Shown piece by piece: positions 58,738 through 64,000 of a stretch of 64,000 bases of DNA. The stretch is from assembly GCF_009914755.1 (NCBI RefSeq), contig NC_060926.1; one strand, given 5' to 3'. Source of the stretch: the human T2T-CHM13v2.0 reference genome, Homo sapiens. Made by a program: the position numbers and the translations under genes. How positions within the stretch are numbered: the stretch's first letter is position 1; each line of letters begins with the position of its first letter. A model generated the notes under the pieces. That model was given only the letters and a program-made list of their open reading frames with translations. It did no database searches and had not been told where the DNA came from.

Positions 58738-59150
58738 CCCATTTTGGGGACAGTGCCTGGGCGTCCCAGGCAGACCCAGGGGCCGCATGCAGCAGGGCCT
58801 GAGGAGGGAGGTGTGGACGGAGGAGGCCCGCTGCCATTCTTGGTATGGTTCTCACTCCAGGAGCACAGCTGCATCTGGTCTCACTCTGGGCAGCTTATAA
58901 GGCCTGGTGTGAGTTTTGTTTATGCAAGTGCAGCATAAAAGGAACAAATCTACCAGCACCGGGGCTGTTGCCACTGAGTCCTTTTGCATACATTTTTCAA
59001 ATGATAACTCACTCTACCCACCCCCCTTCCCTACCCCCAAGGCGATTTATTGAAAAAACCACCTTATATGGTAATATTGCTAACACACCGTCAGCTGGCC
59101 TTTTTAGGGACTTTGTTTAAAGAAGATCCGCCTCTGGGGTTTTATATTGC
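58738..59150 (+). promoter_or_regulatory. ACTG2: ACTG2 (smooth-muscle gamma-actin) proximal promoter with CArG array
   Basis: Perfect CArG boxes CCTTATATGG 59062-59071 and CCTTTTTAGG 59099-59108. One-mismatch CArGs start at 58738, 58834, 58893 and 58933. E-boxes CAGCTG 58866 and 59092; TATA-like TTTATATT 59141-59148. Confidence 0.92.
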
Positions 59151-59171
59151 TCTGGTATTCATGCCAAAGAC

Positions 59172-59215
59172 ACACCAGCCCTCAGTCACTGGGAGAAGAA
59201 CCTCTCATACCCTCG
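59172..59215 (+). other. ACTG2: ACTG2 non-coding exon 1 (5' UTR); intron 1 runs to the end of the window
   Basis: acaccagccctcagtcactgggagaagaacctctcataccctcg matches the recalled ACTG2 mRNA 5' end; consensus donor TCG|gtaagt. The TSS is approximate, ~28 nt after the TATA-like element. Confidence 0.9.
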
Positions 59216-60079
59216 GTAAGTACTGTACGGCTTTTGCCACCTCTTCCTTTCCGGGGCTGCCTGGCCTCCTGGGTGCGGGAGGTGCCTCCAGATTGGCCTG
59301 GCTTCTGTGACGCTGGCCCAGATCACACACCAGAGCCCTTGGTGGGCAGCGGCACCTGCAAGCATACTGCAGCCTGCTGAGAAAAGGCGTATCTGGCCAT
59401 GGGACATCCTGGGGCAGGGGCAGCTTGGAACCGTGCTCCCTGCCTCAGAATGGGGACTGGCGGGATATAATGCCTGCAGTCTCTACTAGCCCTGCTCCCC
59501 AGGGCCAGTGCAGATCCACACCCTGATGTCCTTTGTCTTGGGTTAGAATGTCTGGGAGGCTGTTTTAGGGGATCATATACTTTGCAGAAAAGCAGCTTTT
59601 CAGAATACTTGAGTCAAAGCCAACAGTGGTCCTGGTGTCTGTGAGCTGTTTAGTCCATGAAATGTCTGTGCTGGGAATGGGAGGGTATTTTCTTCAGGTC
59701 CCCTGTGGGTCTCTCTGTCCTCTGATCTGTGCTTGGCTGAGGAGAATGGAGGGTTTCTGCAGTCCTTGAAGGCTCTAGGATCATTGGGGGATGGAGAAAA
59801 TTCCACTTGCCCTGTGGCATCGTGAGGTTTCAGGGTAGAAGGAACTTGGGACCCATCTAGTTCATTCTCCTCTGATGAGGACATTGAGGCCTAGAGACGT
59901 ACAGCCACTCATCCAAAAGACTCACACCCAACTGTGACCCATTTGCAGATGTCATTACTCCCCCCAACCCACCCAACACACACACAACACATGCACAAAG
60001 AATTAAGAGGAAGATGAGATGAAGGGGCCACTTCTACGTTTGGCATCAGAATTCACTAGCATCTCTTCACAGGTGAGGC

Positions 60080-61150
60080 AGGCTGGGTGTGGCAGTGCAG
60101 GCCTTGAAGGCAGACTGTCAGGCTAACCAAGTTACTGAGCGACCTCAGCTTCCTCACCTGTAAAATGGGGGCAAGAATAATAATATCTACTTGGCGATGG
60201 TGTGAGGATTAAACGAGAGAATGCGTATATACAGCACTCAGCTCAAGGCTGTCAGGGCCCGGCCCTGAGTTCTCAAACTTTAAGAATCACCTGGAGTGCT
60301 TGTTAAAACACAGATTGCCCCATGCCCCACCCCAGATTCTGATTCCAGTAGGCCGAGATATGGCCTGATACTTGGAATTCCTAACAAGCTCCCAGGCGAC
60401 ACTGAAGCTGCTGGTCTGGGACCACACTTTGTACAGGGAGGCTCTAAGTGCTCACTTTGATTACTTGAATGTGGGTTTGGACTCTGATACTAACCCTTGG
60501 GCTGAAAAGAGGAAGAGCTTCCTGTGACAGAGAGGGATGGGTGCTGGAGAAACTGCAATGAACAGTAAGATCCTACATGCCAGGCCTGAGAAAAGGGGAT
60601 GGGCCGTGTGACATCATGACCTTGGGGCGAGATATCTTTCCTCTTTCCCCTTGTTCATTCTGCCAACATTTATTGAGCACTTATTATGGGCCAGGCACTG
60701 TCTCTGCTCCTTAGGGACAGTGGAGAGGCTTCTGCAGTTACTGGAAGAGACAGATAAACAGATGAGAACCATGGAGCAAATAAGTACACGAAAGGGGTAA
60801 AGGCCAGGAGGAGCCCATCACTCAACCCAGGAGTTATCAGGGAAGACTTCCTGGAGGAAGAGGTGCCTGAGCTTGGTCCTGAAGTAAGGACCAAGCTTGG
60901 TCCTTCCTGGTAAAGAGGAAGCATGGTCTTTGGGACTCAAGTGGCTCAATTCCACTGAATTTAGATAGCAAGGCAGGAATCAGGTAAAACTAAATTCAGA
61001 GGGGTCCGCAGGGCTGGATTACAAGGGCTTTAGACTCTAAAGGATCAGGCTATGGGGAGCCATGGAAGGGTTTTAATCTGGAGGGTATCTGTTGAAGGGG
61101 CTGCTTTGGCAGCTGTGAGGAGAGTGGACTGGAACAGGGCAAGAGCGCTA
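60080..61150. mobile_element. MIR (~60080-60245), MER5A (~60267-60432) and L2 (~60650-61150) in ACTG2 intron 1
   Basis: cctcagcttcctcacctgtaaaatgggg; agaatcacctggagtgcttgttaaaacacagattg; caacatttattgagcactta. Confidence 0.8.
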
Positions 61151-61974
61151 CTGCAGCATGCGGTGGTCCTGAGCTGGTGGCATGGGTGCCGTGCAGGTAG
61201 AAGTAAGAAGGGCTGGTGATAGGTTGGGAGGGAAGAGGGCGGCACCAGGGCATTGGGCATGGGCTCAGGGTGGGTGGTGTGAGTCTGTGAGGGCAGCTCC
61301 GGGCAGAGGCTGCTGATGAGGAGAGCAGTCCTGGAGGTGTGGAGTTGGGGTGCCAGGGGGGTTTTGGTGGGGGAGATGCACGGCAGGCTCTGCAGGCCTA
61401 GAGCTCAAGAGAGGGGTCTGGACAGGAGCAGAGCCAGGGGAGTGAATGGAAGTCCGGGTAAGAGCCAGAAGATAAGGCACCCACGACAGATTGTGGAGGA
61501 TCCAAAATATTACTCAGCAGAGTTGTTTTTAATTGAACTCATGTATATATAGAACCTAGTGAAGATATCCTGAAGTTAATTAGAGGTGCTGTTAGAATTT
61601 TCCATCGTGGCAGTGTTTTTCATAGACAATTTCTCTCTGCCAGGGTTTCTGATGGTTTGTATATACGTGTAGGCAAATAATAAAAGGCAGAGACGCAGCT
61701 GCTTACATGTCACTTGAAGCTCTCACCCAAAAACCTGTCGCCAACTATTGTTTGAAATCTCATCATCGCAGAGGCCCTCCGTTTAGGCCTAACACTTTCT
61801 GTCAAAATGAAAATGTCTTTGAGAACTGACATAAATTCAACTTTCAATAGTCATTGATGTGTGAAATGGATCATTCAATTCCTTTCAATATGACAGGCTT
61901 CATCCTGGGAGCAAGTTTTGATGGAGAAGAGTAAGAGAGATTAATAAGAATCATTATTCTTTACAGCCCTTGAC

Positions 61975-62590
61975 GACAGGGATTGACGAGGCCCAGATAG
62001 TAAATATTTTAGGCTTTCGGAGCCTGAAGTTCTCTGTCACAAGTACTCAATTCTACCATTGTAACCAAAGCAGCCATAGATAATATGTAAGTGAATGGAT
62101 GTGGCTGTGTTTCAGTAAGACTTTATTAGACTCTGAGATTTGAATGTCATATAATTTCCATGGGTCATGAAATATTTTTCTTCTTTTGCTTTTTTCTCAA
62201 CCGTTTGAAAATGTAGGGCCGGGTGCAGTGCTTGCACCTGTAATCCCAACACTTTGGGATGCCAAGGCAGTAGGACAACTGGAGGCCAGGAGTTTGAGAC
62301 CAGCCTGGGCAACATAGCAAGACCCTGTTTCAACAAAAAAAAATTTTTTTTGAAATTAGCAGAATGTAGTGGCCATGCCAGCCACATGCCTGCCATCCCA
62401 GCTCCTAGGATGAGGAGAAAGGATCCTTGAGCTCAGGAGTTCAAGCCTGCAGTGAGCTTGATGGTGCCACTGGACTCAATGCCTAGGTGACAGAGTGAGG
62501 CCCAGTATCTCAAAAAAAAAAAAAAAAGAAAAACCATTCTGAGATATAGGCCATACAGAAACAGGCCGGAATTTGCCTTACCCTGATTTA
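61975..62590. mobile_element. MER58B-like MITE interrupted by AluJ (+, 62217-62533)
   Basis: ccagatagtaaatattttaggcttt...cagccatagataatatgtaagtgaatggatgtggctgtg. Confidence 0.8.
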
Positions 62591-63801
62591 CAATGTCTAC
62601 GGCACCTTCATTTCCGTTCTGTCATCTTGTGAGATAGATACTATCATTTCCATGTTCTAGCGGAGGAAACTAAGGCCCAGGGAAGGAAGGGACTGGGCTG
62701 TGGGAAAGGGGAACCAGGAGGGAGAAGAGGGTAAAGGAAGGAGGAGCAGTGGGAGGATTTCTAGAGCCAAACTTGTCTCCTTTGAGGTGCTGGGGAGGGT
62801 GGATTTTAACAGCTCTGCCCTCACATTGGGTTTGAGGTGGCCAGGGAGACGGGTGAGTGAGTAAATGACTTGCATTCATTATGTCTTTGGTTTCTGGCCA
62901 CCTTTGGGGCTAGGGGAATAAAAGCTTCATTCCTGAGTCAGTGAGAGCTTCAATGAAGCCCAGATGTCATTCGTGCTGAAAGAACCAGAACAACTCTCTG
63001 CTCCCTGCCAAGCATGAAGCGGTTGTGACCCCAGGAAACCACAGTGACTTTGACTCTGGTTCAGCTGACATGCTCGAGTCTAGCCACAAATTACCAGAAA
63101 GCAGCTGAGGAAAGTTTAGAATTTCTCCTGGCAGAGATGGTCCACGAGTCTGGCTCCAGGGTGAACCCCTTCTTCCTAGAGCAGCACGGGGCCCTTTGGA
63201 GGCTCAACTCCGCCAGCCCTCCCACTGCCTTCCCCCTGCCTTCCCCACCCTCACTTCGGTTGAGTTTTGCCTTCAAAATAGCAGACTCCAAGCCACCTGA
63301 AGGGCTGCAGAACAGCGTTGTTGACAGCTTCAAGTCGCCTTGTGGCTTCTCTGAGCTGCTGCTGTGCTTTGGAAACGAAATTCCAGGCTCTCCCTCTTTC
63401 TGTGTGTGGGAAACACCGGAGAGAGTTTGGGGAGGGAGACAAAAGGGCCCATTGAAAACCCAGACAGGCTTGAACTGTAAGTCACACCGGAGAGAGGGTT
63501 GCTGAGGGGACCCTAGAGGGAGGCAGTCCCGGAGCACAGCTTTGCTTCTTTGGCTACTTCCTCGCTTTGGAGGTTGCTTTCTTCTCAAGGTGGACCACCT
63601 GCTAGAACAGGGCAGCACTGCTGTTCACTGGCCAGCTTGGAGAGAAGACTGCCCATGTGATTCTAAGTCAGGCCCTTGTGACTGAACCACCATGAGGCTG
63701 GACTGTGGGGACTCGGGTATCCCAGAGGCAGAGCACACCAGGTCTGGGAGGGGGGCCACTCAGACGGCAACATTGTCATTCAATATCTATTGAACACCTA
63801 C

Positions 63802-64000
63802 TGTCTTAATCCATGTTTGTTGCTACCACAGAATATGTGAGACTGGGTTATTTATAAACAATGGAAATGTATTTCTCAAAGTTCTGGAGGCTGGGACATC
63901 CAAGATCAAGGCACCAGCAGATTCAGTGTCTGTCTGGTGAGAGCCCAGAGTCTGCTTCCAAGGTGGCACCTTGTTGCTGCACCGTTACATGGCAGAAGGG
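63802..64000 (-). mobile_element. MaLR LTR (MLT1A/MST-like), truncated by the window edge
   Basis: tgtcttaatccatgtttgttgctaccacagaata...agttctggaggctggga. Confidence 0.85.

Noticed and set aside
63044-63618. Overlapping 153-aa (+) and 175-aa (-) ORFs in ACTG2 intron 1
   Set aside because: The + ORF starts at GTG, neither resembles actin or any family I recognise, and there is no supporting exon structure.

Overview
Human genomic DNA, recognised from sequence as the STAMBP-ACTG2 region of chr2p13. The + strand carries the last eight coding exons of STAMBP/AMSH (10975-28423; 1072 coding nt including the stop, all GT-AG introns; the first 203 coding nt lie upstream of the window), its 3' UTR and poly(A) signals, ~25 kb of repeat-dense intergenic DNA, then the CArG-box promoter, non-coding exon 1 and start of intron 1 of ACTG2. 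Most ORFs in the supplied track are Alu/L1/L2 artefacts. No rRNA, tRNA or CRISPR array is seen, and no wholly new multi-gene system can be supported. The most interesting structures are L1-mediated retro-insertions identified by target-site duplications (TSDs): (1) a ZDHHC6 retrocopy lacking the DHHC catalytic domain, split by an L1 and truncated at an Alu; (2) a 2.2-kb unidentified insert with a perfect 18-bp TSD in a STAMBP intron; (3) a 3'UTR-only retrocopy; (4) a polyadenylated LTR12 fragment; (5) a solo poly(A) insertion. STAMBP splicing features include a latent 108-nt poison exon, candidate downstream alternative terminal exons, and a near-abutting inverted Alu pair in front of the last exon. 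Gene and repeat-family names are from recall and were not checked against databases. Repeat boundaries are approximate unless a TSD is quoted.
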